NCBI GenBank assembly: GCA_902518835.1
Contig: CABYHH010000001.1
Location: 44,052 to 108,051 of the forward strand
Source of the DNA: an uncultured Pelagibacteraceae bacterium
GTDB taxonomy: Bacteria; Pseudomonadota; Alphaproteobacteria; Pelagibacterales; Pelagibacteraceae
DNA length: 64,000 nt
Direction of reading: 5' to 3'
Program-made: the position numbers and the translations under genes
Notes under the pieces: generated by a model
What the model was told of the DNA's origin: nothing
Database searches by the model: none
The model's input: only the letters and a program-made list of their open reading frames with translations
Part shown: positions 1 to 11,294 of the stretch, piece by piece
How the letters are laid out: each line of letters begins with the position of its first letter
Numbering within the stretch: position 1 is the stretch's first letter

Positions 1-204
1 TAAAATTAAATCAATTTTTTTAAAACTTCTTTTAATTTTTTTTGCTAAAGATTTGCAAATATCTTGAGCTAAATGTGGAAAACTTAATAATTTTGCACAC
101 TGAATATACTTACGGGAATGAAGACCGGAAGATAGTACAAAATGACCATCTAGCAATGCATCAGTTTTTCTTAAAATATCTAAGGATTTTTTGAGTGAAT
201 GCAT
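1..204 (-). CDS. pyrE: orotate phosphoribosyltransferase, N-terminal part (runs off window)
   Basis: Hand translation from ATG at 204 gives MHSLKKSLDILRKTDALLDGHFVLSSGLHSRKYIQCAKLL, with the GHFxLSSG-H-S-x-Y OPRTase motif. Not in the ORF track; overlaps the spoT 3' end by 44 nt. Confidence 0.85.
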   Translation of the reverse strand, partial: MHSLKKSLDILRKTDALLDGHFVLSSGLHSRKYIQCAKLLSFPHLAQDICKSLAKKIKRSFKKIDLIL

Positions 205-1906
205 TTCTTTTATTTTCATGTCTGATTATTTTAAACTTAATACCTTTTTGCTTAAGTTCAGCAATAAAATTTGTAAAATTTTTTAAATCTCTGATTATCA
301 ATTGAAACTTAAAATTTATGTAATTTGGGTTTTTTCCTACCATTTCCAAGTTTGAGATATTCAATTTATGTTGCCCTATTAAAGAGCTAACGTCTCCAAG
401 TTGTCCCGGCCTATCAGGTAAAGAAATCCATAAAGTAGTGTTATATTTCTTTATTCTTTCTTGTTTTTCTTCTCCTTTGTCATGCCAGTATCTTCTTATA
501 GCTGCCCTAGCCTTCCCTGTTTTGGTTGTTGGTATCCAGTGAAGTGATGGAGAATTATTCTTTGACGTAATAATCTTCACTCTATCTCCGTTTCTTAATA
601 TTGTTTGTAATTCACTTTTGTAACCATTTATCTCACATCCTACAGCAGTGTCACCTATTTTTGTATGAACCGCATATGCAAAATCAATAGGAGTTGCATC
701 TTTTGGTAATTTTATAACTGAGCCTTTTGGGGTAAAACAAAAGACATTTTCTTGAAACATTTGAAGTTTTGTATACTCATAATAATGTTCTGGGTTTTCA
801 TTTTTTTCAATAATTTCGACAAGGTCTTTAAGCCAGTCGTATTCTTTCCAAGTTAATGAATTAAACTTTTCAGAAGATTTATATTGCCAATGTGAGGCTA
901 TTCCTCTTTCAGCAAATTCATGCATTTCCTTTGTTCTAATTTGTATTTCTATAGGCTTTCGGTTTGATCCAATAACTGAGGTATGGATTGATTTATAACC
1001 ATTTATTTTAGCTGAAGATATGTAATCCTTAAACTTACCTGGAATACAATTATATTTTTTATGTAAAATACCTAACGTTTTATAGCAATCATCTATATTT
1101 TTTAAAATTATTCTAAAACCAATAATATCTGTTATGTCTTCTAATGACACTTTTTTTTTTTGAACTTTTCTCCAAATAGAAAAAGGAGTTTTTTCTCTTC
1201 CAAAAATATTAGATGAAATATTGTTTTCTCTTAATAGTTGACTTAATTCATTTGAAAGGTTTTCAAACATATCTTTTTTATCAAGTTTTATTTCATCTAG
1301 TCTTCTCTGTATTAATGATCTAGCTTCATAATTAAGTATCTCAAAAGAAAGATCTTCTAACTCATCACGAATTCTATGCATACCCATCCTATCAGCTAAA
1401 GGTGCATAAATTTCCATTGTTTCTTGAGCTATTCTTTCCCTTTTAACTTTATTGGAAATTCCTTTGATAGTTCTCATGTTATGTAATCGATCCGCAATTT
1501 TAACTAGTAGAACCCTTATGTCTTTAGAAGTTGCTAAGATTAACTTTCTAAAATTTTCAGCTCTGGAGTTTGAAGCAGCAGTATTCTCTAAAACAGAAAT
1601 TTTTGTTACACCATCAACTAAATCTGCAACCTCATCACCAAATTCACCTTTAATTGTCTCATAAGTTGCATGTGTGTCCTCTATTGTATCGTGAAGTAAT
1701 CCTGTTGTAATAGTTGCGCTATCTAGTTTTAGGTCGGTCAATATATTTGCTACTTCTATTGGATGAACTGAATAAGGATCTCCAGAGGCTCTTTTTTGAT
1801 ACTTATGAGCTTTGACAGCAAAATTGTAGGCTTTATTTAATTTTTCAGGATTTAAAAATTTATTATATCCTTTTACCTTATTTATTAACTCTTCAGAATT
1901 TAACAT
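161..1906 (-). CDS. spoT: bifunctional (p)ppGpp synthetase/hydrolase (Rel/SpoT), shortened C-terminal region
   Basis: HD motif (LLHDTIED), synthetase motifs (GREKTPFS, YKSIHT, EIQIRT), TGS domain (FTPKG...DFAYAVHT), C-terminal ACT-like domain (DRPGQL). Confidence 0.95.
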   Translation of the reverse strand: MLNSEELINKVKGYNKFLNPEKLNKAYNFAVKAHKYQKRASGDPYSVHPIEVANILTDLKLDSATITTGLLHDTIEDTHATYETIKGEFGDEVADLVDGVTKISVLENTAASNSRAENFRKLILATSKDIRVLLVKIADRLHNMRTIKGISNKVKRERIAQETMEIYAPLADRMGMHRIRDELEDLSFEILNYEARSLIQRRLDEIKLDKKDMFENLSNELSQLLRENNISSNIFGREKTPFSIWRKVQKKKVSLEDITDIIGFRIILKNIDDCYKTLGILHKKYNCIPGKFKDYISSAKINGYKSIHTSVIGSNRKPIEIQIRTKEMHEFAERGIASHWQYKSSEKFNSLTWKEYDWLKDLVEIIEKNENPEHYYEYTKLQMFQENVFCFTPKGSVIKLPKDATPIDFAYAVHTKIGDTAVGCEINGYKSELQTILRNGDRVKIITSKNNSPSLHWIPTTKTGKARAAIRRYWHDKGEEKQERIKKYNTTLWISLPDRPGQLGDVSSLIGQHKLNISNLEMVGKNPNYINFKFQLIIRDLKNFTNFIAELKQKGIKFKIIRHENKRNAFTQKILRYFKKN

Positions 1907-1925
1907 TTAATATTATACCATTAAA

Positions 1926-2423
1926 TTATATCTGTTTAATAGAATTAATATCAGTAATTGGTAGTGATAATAAAAGATTTTTAATATGATGCTTTGACAT
2001 TGGATGTTTCCAATCTTTATCCAACTCAAATAGTGGAAAAAGAACGAAATTTCTTGTATGCATCCGTGGATGAGGCAAAATAACTTTGTCTTCAATCTCT
2101 AAATTTTTATAATCAATAATGTCAATGTCACAGAATCTAGGTGCATTCTTAGCTAATTTTCTTCTTCCAAACTCATCCTCTAAATTTTTGAAAATCTTAA
2201 GCAATTCTATTGGATGATAATTAGTCTCTATTTTTAAAACAATATTATAAAATTTGGGATTATTTGGATTCGGCCATGATAAACTTTCGTATAATGATGA
2301 AGAGGCAAGGATCTTTATTCCTTTTTGAAGTATTTTGAATTTTGCTCTTTCAATATTATCTCTTTTGTTACCTAAATTTGATCCTATGGCTATATAAATT
2401 CTTTTAGCTTGATTTTCTAACAT
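1926..2423 (-). CDS. folK: 2-amino-4-hydroxy-6-hydroxymethyldihydropteridine diphosphokinase
   Basis: [17 protein letters not shown] and [12 protein letters not shown] motifs; ATG at 2423 chosen as start. Confidence 0.93.
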   Translation of the reverse strand: MLENQAKRIYIAIGSNLGNKRDNIERAKFKILQKGIKILASSSLYESLSWPNPNNPKFYNIVLKIETNYHPIELLKIFKNLEDEFGRRKLAKNAPRFCDIDIIDYKNLEIEDKVILPHPRMHTRNFVLFPLFELDKDWKHPMSKHHIKNLLLSLPITDINSIKQI

Positions 2424-2874
2424 ATCTTGCCTTATCACGATTCCAATCTCTCGTTTTTTTTACTGCCCTTTTATCAAATATTTTTTTACCTTTAGCAACA
2501 GCAAGTTCTACTTTTGCTTTACCTTTTTTAAAATACATTTTAGTTGGAACTATTGTTAATCCATCTCTTTGCATTTTTCCAATGAGTTTGTTAATTTCTC
2601 TTTTATTAAGTAAAAGTTTTCTTTCATCGTAAGGATTGTGATTTGAATAGCTTGCTTGTTTGTATGTTGGAATATGGGAATTAATTAAAACTATTTCACC
2701 TTTCTTCTCAACAGCGTAGGAATCTGTAATATTGATTTTACCCTCTCTAATCGATTTAATTTCAGAGCCTTTAAGAACTATGCCAGCCTCAAGTAAATCT
2801 TCAAAAAAGTAATTAAAACTTGCTTTACGATTCAAACAAATAATCTTCAAACCAGGCTTGGTTTTTTTCTTCAT
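2404..2874 (-). CDS. smpB: SsrA-binding protein
   Basis: [31 protein letters not shown]. Confidence 0.97.
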   Translation of the reverse strand: MKKKTKPGLKIICLNRKASFNYFFEDLLEAGIVLKGSEIKSIREGKINITDSYAVEKKGEIVLINSHIPTYKQASYSNHNPYDERKLLLNKREINKLIGKMQRDGLTIVPTKMYFKKGKAKVELAVAKGKKIFDKRAVKKTRDWNRDKARYVRKSS

Positions 2875-3755
2875 TAAATTAATTTTGCTAATTTTAATGC
2901 TTCTTCTACAATTTTCTTAGTTGATTCGGTTATACTTACCAAAGGAAGTCTTACACCATCGTCTGAAAGATTAAGTAATTTTGCTGCAAATTTTACAGGA
3001 CTAGGGTTGCTCTCTACAAACATTGAATAATGAAGTGGCTGTAAAATTTTATCTAATTCTTCAGCTTTAGATTTAGATAACTCATCGCTTAGAATTGAAA
3101 ATTTTTGAAATTCTGAGCATAATTTTGGGGCAATATTTGCAGTTACACTTATAGCACCTATTCCTCCTCTTCTGTTAAATTCAAGGGCATTGTCATCATT
3201 TCCAGTTAATTGAATAAACTCTTTTCCCAATTTTTCTTTAGTTTTATTAACCCTATCTAATTCTCCTGTAGCATCTTTTACACCAACAATATTTTTTAAT
3301 TCAAATAACCTGGCCATAGTGTCAACTGACATATCAACAACTGACCTTCCTGGTATATTATAAATTATTATTGGCAAACCAGAATTATCATTTATCGCTT
3401 TGTAGTGTTGATAAAGACCCTCTTGTGTTGGTTTATTATAATATGGTGTTACAACCAGGGCACCATCGGCACCAATTTTTTCAGCATGTCTAGTTAAAGA
3501 AATGGCTTCTTTTGTTGAATTAGAACCTGTCCCAGCAATTATTGGGATCTTGCCATTACTTTCTTTAACACATAATTCTATTACTTTTTCATGTTCTTCA
3601 TGACTTAAAGTAGGAGATTCTCCGGTAGTACCAGCAGGCACTAAACCATTTGTCCCATTTTTAATATGAAAATGAATAAGTTTTATATAAGCATCTTCAT
3701 CAAACTTATCATTTTTAAAAGGGGTTATTAAAGCAACATTTGAACCTTTAAACAT
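2874..3755 (-). CDS. dapA: 4-hydroxy-tetrahydrodipicolinate synthase
   Basis: [23 protein letters not shown] (Schiff-base Lys). Confidence 0.96.
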   Translation of the reverse strand: MFKGSNVALITPFKNDKFDEDAYIKLIHFHIKNGTNGLVPAGTTGESPTLSHEEHEKVIELCVKESNGKIPIIAGTGSNSTKEAISLTRHAEKIGADGALVVTPYYNKPTQEGLYQHYKAINDNSGLPIIIYNIPGRSVVDMSVDTMARLFELKNIVGVKDATGELDRVNKTKEKLGKEFIQLTGNDDNALEFNRRGGIGAISVTANIAPKLCSEFQKFSILSDELSKSKAEELDKILQPLHYSMFVESNPSPVKFAAKLLNLSDDGVRLPLVSITESTKKIVEEALKLAKLI

Positions 3756-3797
3756 AAATACTTATAACATAGATTGTTGATTCATATAGTAAAGATT

Positions 3798-6006
3798 ATG
3801 TTAAAAAAAAAACTTATTTTTTATAGTATTGTTTAGCTTTTTTGGAATAAGTTTAATTCATTCAACAGAAATTCTTCCTTTAAAAAAACCTGTACTATCA
3901 ACAGAAGAAAAGCAAAAAAAATTATTAATTGAAATTACTAAACCTTTACCAAAACCTATTACAGAAATTCAAAAAAAGGTTGATAAAAATGAAAAGTCTT
4001 CTGAAAAAGTTAGAATATCAGGTTTAATTTTACCTAAAAAGAAACCTTTTATTCCGGGAAAAAAGAAAGCAACTCAAATTAAGATATCAAAATATTATAA
4101 CAAAAAAGATTTCAACTTAGCAAAAAAAGCTATGTCTGAAATGAAAAAAGCTAATTGGACAAATGCTATTAAACTAGCAAAAAAAGCTAAGGATAAATCA
4201 ATATTTAATTTCATACAATGGAGACATCTGTTAACAAAGGGTAATCGAGCTTCATTTTATGAATATAAAGATTTTATTGAAAATAATGAAAATTATCCCA
4301 GAATTGGTAGAATTAAATATTTAGCCGAACATAAACTGTCAACAAAAACAATCTCTCCTAAAAAAATCATTGACTGGTTTGGAACTTCAGAGCCTTTAAG
4401 TGGTTTTGGTAAAATGATATTAGGAGAAAGCTATATATCAACTGGAAGTAAAGACAAAGGAATTAAACTATTAAAAGAAGGATGGATTTATGCAGATTTA
4501 TCTAAATCAGAACTGAAACTTTATAGAAAAAAATTTAAAAAATTTTTAAACTCCACAGATTACATTAATAGAGCAGATTACTTAGCATGGAATTATAAAT
4601 ATTGGGATTTAAAAAGAATGTTAAGATATTTACCAAAGGAATATCAACTTTTATACACTGCAAGACAATTATTAATGAGCAAGTCTTACGGAGTTGATAA
4701 TGCAATATCTAATGTTCCAGAAAAATTTAAAAACGATGCAGGTTTAAATTACGATAGATTGAAATGGAGAAGAAAAAGAGGAAGAGTTGATAGTTCAGTT
4801 GAAATTTTATTAAAAATTAAAAATACAAAAGATTACATGGTAAGGCCGGATAAATGGTGGTTTGAAAGAGAAATTATTTCTAGATCTTTAATTTACAAAA
4901 AAAAATATGAATTAGCTTATAAAATTGCAAGTAATCATGGACTAACAGAAGGTTCTGAATACGCTGCTGCTGAATGGATGAGTGGTTGGATAGCGCTAAG
5001 CTTTTTAAAAAACCCTTTATTAGCAAAAAATCATTTTGAAAAATTTTATAACAATGTGGGATATCCAATTAGTGTAGCGAGAGGTGCATACTGGCTAGGT
5101 AAATCTTATGAAAAGTTAGGTAATAAAGAATTATCGAAACAATGGTTTACGGAGTCTTCAAAATATCTAACTACTTATTATGGTCAATTATCTTTTATGG
5201 AACTTTATCCAAATGAAAATTTTGAATTATCAAAGGATATTGAAGTTAATAATGATTATCGTAATTATTTTTTTAAAAAAGAAATTGTTAAGTTGGTTTA
5301 TTTGCTAGATGAGTTAGATGAAGATAAATATGCAAAATATATATTAAGACATTTAGCTAATGAAAATATTTCTAAAGGAAGTGAGGTTTTAGCAGCAGAA
5401 CTAGCAACAAAAATTGAGAGGTTTGATTTTGCAATTCAAATTTCTAAACTTGCCTCATATGAAAAAAGATTTCATAATAAATATAATTATCCAATAATAA
5501 GCACTCCTTCTCATATAAATGGAAGAAAAATTCCAGAGACAGCATTTATTCTTTCAATAATAAGACAAGAAAGTGAATTTGATTTAAAAGCAAATAGTCA
5601 TGCTGGAGCAAGAGGTTTAATGCAACTAATGCCATACACTGCTAAATTAGTTGCCAAACAAGCAAAACTTCCTTATTCAAAATCAAGATTAACATCAGAT
5701 CCAGAATATAATATCAACCTAGGTTCGCATTATATTGCAGGACTAATTCTTAATTACGATGGTGCATACCCTTTTGCAATAGCAGCTTATAATGCTGGCC
5801 CTAAAAGAGTAAGATATTGGAAAAAAATAAATAAGAATCCACAAAAAAATCAAATTAACTATGTTGATTGGATCGAACTAATAAAGTTCAAAGAAACTCG
5901 AAATTATGTGCAAAGGGTTTTAGAGAATTATAATGTATATAGGTATATTCTTGAACAAAGACCTATCCCGATGAAAAATTTTTTTAAAGATAGTCCCTTA
6001 TTTTGA
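3798..6006 (+). CDS. slt: soluble lytic murein transglycosylase (Slt70-like); ATG at 3798 is out of frame by one base, continuous ORF from TTG at 3829
   Basis: C-terminal SLT domain (IIRQESEF, GLMQLMP, AAYNAG, ETRNYV) after a helical region; the signal peptide is restored if one base is removed from the A10 or T6 run. Confidence 0.9.
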
Positions 6007-6010
6007 TATA

Positions 6011-6102
6011 TGGCGGAAGAGGAGGGATTCGAACCCTCGGTACAAGTTTCCTCGCACGGTCATTTAGCAAACGACTGGTTTCAGCCTCTCACCCACTCTT
6101 CC
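6011..6102 (-). tRNA. tRNA-Ser(GCU)
   Basis: Reverse complement GGAAGAGTGGGTGAGAGG...GTCGT-TT-GCT-AA-ATGAC...long variable arm...GGTTCGAATCC...GCCA. Confidence 0.95.
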
Positions 6103-6166
6103 AATAAAATTGTCGCTTCTGATTGTATTGAATAATCAATATTTATAAAGTAATTATTCAATAATT

Positions 6167-7420
6167 ATGAAAAATAAGTATTCAATATTTTCACTTATTA
6201 AGAATGCTTTCTCATATCATGAAAATTGGGAGAAAGCTTGGAAAGATCCTGAGCCTAAAAAAGAATACGATGCTATAATAGTTGGTGGTGGAGGACATGG
6301 GCTTGCTACTGCTTATTATCTAGCGAAAAAACATAATATGAGAAATATTGCTGTCATAGAAAAAGGCTGGATAGGTGGAGGTAACACTGGAAGAAATACT
6401 ACAATAATTAGATCTAATTATTTGTGGGATGCAAGTGCTGGTCTTTATGATCATGCTTTAAAGATTTGGGAAGGTCTGTCACAGGAACTAAATTATAATG
6501 TTATGTTTAGTCAAAGAGGTGTGATGAATCTTGCTCACAATCTGCAAGATGTAAGAGATTTAAAAAGAAGAACACATGCTAATAGACTTAATGGTATAGA
6601 TGCAGTTTATTTGAACACCGAAGAAGTCAAAAAATTTTGTCCAATTATAAATACTTCACAGGATATCCGTTATCCAGTTTTAGGAGGCACTCTTCAAAGA
6701 AGAGCAGGTACAGCAAGACATGACGCTGTTGCCTGGGGGTATGCAAGAGGAGCTGATGAAATGGGTGTGGATATTATTCAAAATTGTGAAGTAAAAGGAA
6801 TAAAAAGAAATGGTGATACAGTTGAAGGCATTGAAACAACTAAAGGATTAATTAAAACTAAAAAAATTGGTGTTGTGGCCGCTGGTCACTCTAGTGTTAT
6901 AGCAAATATGGCAGGATTAAAACTTCCTCTAGAGAGCAAACCTCTTCAAGCTTTAGTATCTGAACCAGTTAAACCAATTATCGATACTGTTGTAATGTCG
7001 AATGCAGTTCATGCCTACGTGAGTCAATCTGATAAAGGAGAACTTGTTATTGGAGCTGGAACAGACGATTATATATCTTATTCTCAAAAAGGAAGTCATG
7101 ATATTGTAGAAGGAACTTTAAATGCAATACTAGAATTGTATCCAATTTTTAGCAGAATGAGGATGCTACGTCAGTGGGGTGGAATTGTTGATATTTGTCC
7201 TGATGCGAGTCCTATAATAAGTAAAACATCAATAAAAGGTTTATATTTTAATTGTGGTTGGGGAACAGGAGGATTTAAAGCTACTCCAGGTTCGGGAGAT
7301 TTATTTGCTCACACAATTGCTAATGACGAACCGCATAAACTCAATGCTGCATTTAACTTGAATAGATTTGTAAGTGGAAATTTAGTTGATGAACACGGAG
7401 CTGCAGCAGTTGCACACTAA
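6167..7420 (+). CDS. soxB: heterotetrameric sarcosine oxidase-family beta subunit (SoxB/MgdA family)
   Basis: [17 protein letters not shown] motif, [15 protein letters not shown]-terminal [10 protein letters not shown]. Confidence 0.92.
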   Translation: MKNKYSIFSLIKNAFSYHENWEKAWKDPEPKKEYDAIIVGGGGHGLATAYYLAKKHNMRNIAVIEKGWIGGGNTGRNTTIIRSNYLWDASAGLYDHALKIWEGLSQELNYNVMFSQRGVMNLAHNLQDVRDLKRRTHANRLNGIDAVYLNTEEVKKFCPIINTSQDIRYPVLGGTLQRRAGTARHDAVAWGYARGADEMGVDIIQNCEVKGIKRNGDTVEGIETTKGLIKTKKIGVVAAGHSSVIANMAGLKLPLESKPLQALVSEPVKPIIDTVVMSNAVHAYVSQSDKGELVIGAGTDDYISYSQKGSHDIVEGTLNAILELYPIFSRMRMLRQWGGIVDICPDASPIISKTSIKGLYFNCGWGTGGFKATPGSGDLFAHTIANDEPHKLNAAFNLNRFVSGNLVDEHGAAAVAH

Positions 7421-7698
7421 TGTTTTTAATTAATTGTCCTTTTTGTGGTGAGAGAGAACAGAGTGAGTTTAAAGCTGGTGGGGAGGCCCATATAGAAAGA
7501 CCAAAACAACCAACAGAATTAAGTGATGATGAATGGGCAGAATTTTTATTTATGAGAAAAAATATAAAAGGTATTCAATTTGAAAGATGGAATCATACTC
7601 ACGGTTGTAGAAAATGGTTCAATATTGCTAGAGATACTTCAAATGATCAAATCAAAGCAGTTTATAAGATGGGTGAAAAGCCACCTGTAAAATTATAA
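7420..7698 (+). CDS. soxD: sarcosine oxidase-family delta subunit
   Basis: CPFCG...H..GCRKWFN zinc-binding pattern; 1-nt overlap with soxB. Confidence 0.92.
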   Translation: MFLINCPFCGEREQSEFKAGGEAHIERPKQPTELSDDEWAEFLFMRKNIKGIQFERWNHTHGCRKWFNIARDTSNDQIKAVYKMGEKPPVKL

Positions 7699-10600
7699 AT
7701 GTCTAAAAATTTAAGATTTAAATCAAGTAAAATATTAGATGAGACTTATCGAATTTCATTCAAATTTAATAATAAAACATATTATGGGTATAAAGGTGAT
7801 ACTTTAGCATCAGCTCTTTTGGCTAACGATGTTCATCTTGTAGGAAGAAGTTTTAAGTATCATAGACCTCGAGGAATTATGACGGCTGGTTCAGAGGAAC
7901 CTAACGCAATTATTCAGTTACATGATAATACTTCCAGAACCGAGCCAAACGTTAGGGCTACAGAAATTGAGATTTATGAGGGTTTAGTTGCGTCTAGTCA
8001 AAATTGTTGGCCAAGTGTAAACTTTGATATTGGCGGAATTAATAATATTCTATCCCCTGTTCTTCCAGCAGGTTTTTACTATAAAACTTTTATGTGGCCT
8101 AAAAATTTTTGGGAAAAATATGAATATTTTATAAGAAAATCCGCAGGTTTGGGAAAGTCACCAAAAGAAGCTGACCCTGATATTTATGAGCATAAATATA
8201 TGCACTGCGATGTTTTAATAATTGGGGCTGGTATATCAGGAATAATTGCAGCTAAAATTGCAGCAAAGAATGGTCTAAAAACTCTCTTGGTGGATGAAAA
8301 ATCATTTTTAGGTGGATCAACAATTTATGATAACTCAGAATTTTCAAAAATTAATAATCAAATAGTAAGTTCATGGCTAGAAAAAGAAATTAATGAAATA
8401 TCTAAATTAGAGAATTTAGAAATTAAAACTAGAACTAGTGTAGCAGCTTTTCATGGATACAATTTTTTGTTAGCTCGTGAAAGTCTCACTGATCATTTAC
8501 CAATTAATCAAAGAGAAAATAAAATCAGACAAAGATTATTAAAAATTAGAGCAAAAAAAGTAATTAGTGCTACTGGAGCGATAGAAAGGCCTCTAATATT
8601 TGATAACAATGATCGTCCGGGAATACTATTATCCTCGGCTATTAAAAAATATATTGATTTATATGGTGTAGCTAGTGGAGAGAATAATATTCTTTTTACC
8701 AATAATGACACTGCATACGAAACTGCTATGAGTATGATTCAAAGAGGGATTAAGATCAATGCAATTATCGATAATAGAGAACAAGTTGATTCAAAACTTT
8801 CTTACGAAGTTGAGAAGAATAATATTAAAATTTTCAAAGGTTACACAGTTGTTGATACATATGGTTATAAAAGAATTAATGGATTATCTATTATGGAACT
8901 TTCTAAGGATGGCCAAAAAGTAATTGGTAAAAAAATAAAATTAATTTGTGATTCTTTGGGTGTATCAGGCGGATGGACACCTGCAGTACATTTATTTACA
9001 CAATCAGGAGGAAAATTAAAATTTAGAGAAGATGATCAAGTTTTTATTCCAAGCAAATATCCTTCAGATCAATTGTGTATAGGATCCTGTAATGGAGATT
9101 TTAGCATTGAGGAAATCACAACAAACACAATTTTATCTGTCAAAAAATTTCTTAACATCAATAACACAAATTATAAAACTTTAGAAATCATGACAGGAAT
9201 AAATAGATCAAAGAGAAATATTTGGTTGTTGCCATCAGATAAAATATTAGGAAAAACTAAATCTTTTGTAGATTATCAAAACGATGCAACTGCCAAAGAC
9301 ATTAAATTAGCGCTTAGGGAAGGATTTAGATCAATAGAACATGTAAAAAGATATACCACAACTGGCATGGGCACTGATCAAGGTAAACTAGGTAACATGC
9401 ATGCTTTAGGGATAATTTCAGAAACTGCGGGGACTAAAATGGGTGAACACGGGACCACAACTTTTAGACCACCTTATACTCCCCTTACTTTTGGAACTAT
9501 AGTCGGAAGAAATGTAGGAGAATTTTTTGATATAACCAGACGAACACCAATTCATGATTGGCATGTTGCAAATAACGCTAAGTTTGAAAATGTGGGTCAA
9601 TGGAAGAGAGCTTGGTACTATCCTAAAGAAAATGAAAATATGCACCAGGCTGTGCAAAGAGAAAGTAAAGCAGCTAGAGAGTGTGCGGGTATACTAGATG
9701 CATCCACTTTAGGTAAAATTGATATTCAAGGAACTGATACTTCAGAATTTCTAAACCGTGTTTATACCAATGCTTGGTCTAAACTTGCTATCGGTAAATG
9801 TCGTTATGGTATAATGCTCAATGAGGATGGCATGGTATATGATGATGGAGTGACAACCAGGTTAGATGAAAATCATTATATAATGACTACTACCACTGGT
9901 GGGGCTGCAAATGTATTAGGAAAACTTGAAGATTATCTTCAAACAGAGTGGCCTGAACTAGATGTTTATTTATCATCTGTAACTGATCATTATGCAACTA
10001 TAAGTGTTTGCGGTCCACATAGTAAAAAAATTGTATCTAAAATTTTTCCTGATTTAGATTTTTCTGATGAAAAATTTCCACATATGTCATTTAAAAACGC
10101 AAAAATTGGACAGATAAAATGTAGAGTTATGAGAATTAGTTTCACTGGAGAACAAAGTTATGAAATTAATATTCAATCAAATTATGGAAAATCTGTTTGG
10201 GAAAAGTGTATGGAGGCAGGTAAAAATTTTGATATTACTCCTTATGGGACAGAAACAATGCATTTATTAAGAGCTGAAAAAGGCTTTATAATAGTTGGCC
10301 AAGATACAGATGCAACCATGACACCAATTGATTTACAAATGGACTGGATAGTGAGTAAGAAAAAATATGACTTCATTGGAAAAAGATCACTGTATAGATC
10401 AGACACAATTAAAGATGACAGAAAACAATTAGTTGGTTTACTTACTGAAAATCCAGATGAAGTTTTAGAGGAAGGAGCACAAATAGTTGCTGATATTAAA
10501 AAATCACCTATTGAAATGTTAGGACATGTTACTTCAAGCTACTATAGTCCGAATTTAAATAAATCTATTGCTCTAGGAGTAGTCAAAGGTGGAAAAAAAA

Positions 10601-10710
10601 TGCTTGGACAGAAGTTAATTATTCCGATGGAAAATAAAAATATAAATGTGACTGTAGCTGATCCTGTTTTTTTAGATAAGGAAGGTAAAAGATTAAATGC
10701 TAAGTTATAA
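7699..10710 (+). CDS. soxA: sarcosine oxidase-family alpha subunit
   Basis: GRSFKYHRPRG, NAD-binding GAGISG, KRYTTTGMGTDQGK, C-terminal GcvT-like folate-binding domain. Confidence 0.93.
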   Translation: MSKNLRFKSSKILDETYRISFKFNNKTYYGYKGDTLASALLANDVHLVGRSFKYHRPRGIMTAGSEEPNAIIQLHDNTSRTEPNVRATEIEIYEGLVASSQNCWPSVNFDIGGINNILSPVLPAGFYYKTFMWPKNFWEKYEYFIRKSAGLGKSPKEADPDIYEHKYMHCDVLIIGAGISGIIAAKIAAKNGLKTLLVDEKSFLGGSTIYDNSEFSKINNQIVSSWLEKEINEISKLENLEIKTRTSVAAFHGYNFLLARESLTDHLPINQRENKIRQRLLKIRAKKVISATGAIERPLIFDNNDRPGILLSSAIKKYIDLYGVASGENNILFTNNDTAYETAMSMIQRGIKINAIIDNREQVDSKLSYEVEKNNIKIFKGYTVVDTYGYKRINGLSIMELSKDGQKVIGKKIKLICDSLGVSGGWTPAVHLFTQSGGKLKFREDDQVFIPSKYPSDQLCIGSCNGDFSIEEITTNTILSVKKFLNINNTNYKTLEIMTGINRSKRNIWLLPSDKILGKTKSFVDYQNDATAKDIKLALREGFRSIEHVKRYTTTGMGTDQGKLGNMHALGIISETAGTKMGEHGTTTFRPPYTPLTFGTIVGRNVGEFFDITRRTPIHDWHVANNAKFENVGQWKRAWYYPKENENMHQAVQRESKAARECAGILDASTLGKIDIQGTDTSEFLNRVYTNAWSKLAIGKCRYGIMLNEDGMVYDDGVTTRLDENHYIMTTTTGGAANVLGKLEDYLQTEWPELDVYLSSVTDHYATISVCGPHSKKIVSKIFPDLDFSDEKFPHMSFKNAKIGQIKCRVMRISFTGEQSYEINIQSNYGKSVWEKCMEAGKNFDITPYGTETMHLLRAEKGFIIVGQDTDATMTPIDLQMDWIVSKKKYDFIGKRSLYRSDTIKDDRKQLVGLLTENPDEVLEEGAQIVADIKKSPIEMLGHVTSSYYSPNLNKSIALGVVKGGKKMLGQKLIIPMENKNINVTVADPVFLDKEGKRLNAKL

Positions 10711-11260
10711 TCAACCAATAAAAGAACAAAAATCATATCAAGGTTTACAAATGAGAGAAATAAATCCTGTTATGAAATTAATAATAAGAGGAAAAAAAAG
10801 AGAATTTTTATCAGCTGTTGGTAAATCTTTAAATATGGTCTTACCCACAAAAGCTAACACCTCAACTCAAAGTGAAAAATTGACAGCTTTATGGTTAAGT
10901 CCTGATGAATGGATGATTTTTTCAAACAATGTTGTTAAAGAAAACACAAATACGTACGATACAGAAACACTATTAAATAAAAATATATGCAAATTAAATT
11001 TAGGAGCTGTAATAGATGTTACAGACCAATATGTTAGAATTTCTCTAAAAGGAGATAAAATTTACGATTTATTTCAGACTGGATCACCTTTTAATTTTAA
11101 TGAATTTAAACAAAAAATTGGATCTGTAACCCAAACAATTATCGCAAAAATCGATGTTATTATTCACAATCAAAATCAAAATGAGGTTAATTTGTTCGTA
11201 AGGCGCTCTTTTTCTGAACATTTATTCTCTTGGATAAATGATAGTGCGTCAAGATTATAG
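10697..11260 (+). CDS. soxG: sarcosine oxidase-family gamma subunit
   Basis: LWLSPDEW and VRRSFSEHL motifs; position after soxA. Confidence 0.88.
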   Translation: MLSYNQPIKEQKSYQGLQMREINPVMKLIIRGKKREFLSAVGKSLNMVLPTKANTSTQSEKLTALWLSPDEWMIFSNNVVKENTNTYDTETLLNKNICKLNLGAVIDVTDQYVRISLKGDKIYDLFQTGSPFNFNEFKQKIGSVTQTIIAKIDVIIHNQNQNEVNLFVRRSFSEHLFSWINDSASRL

Positions 11261-11294
11261 TCTCATTTGTATCTTAAATAAGTTAAATAAAATT

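Noticed and set aside
2404-2874. tmRNA gene next to smpB
   Set aside because: smpB overlaps both neighbours, leaving no space for ssrA here.
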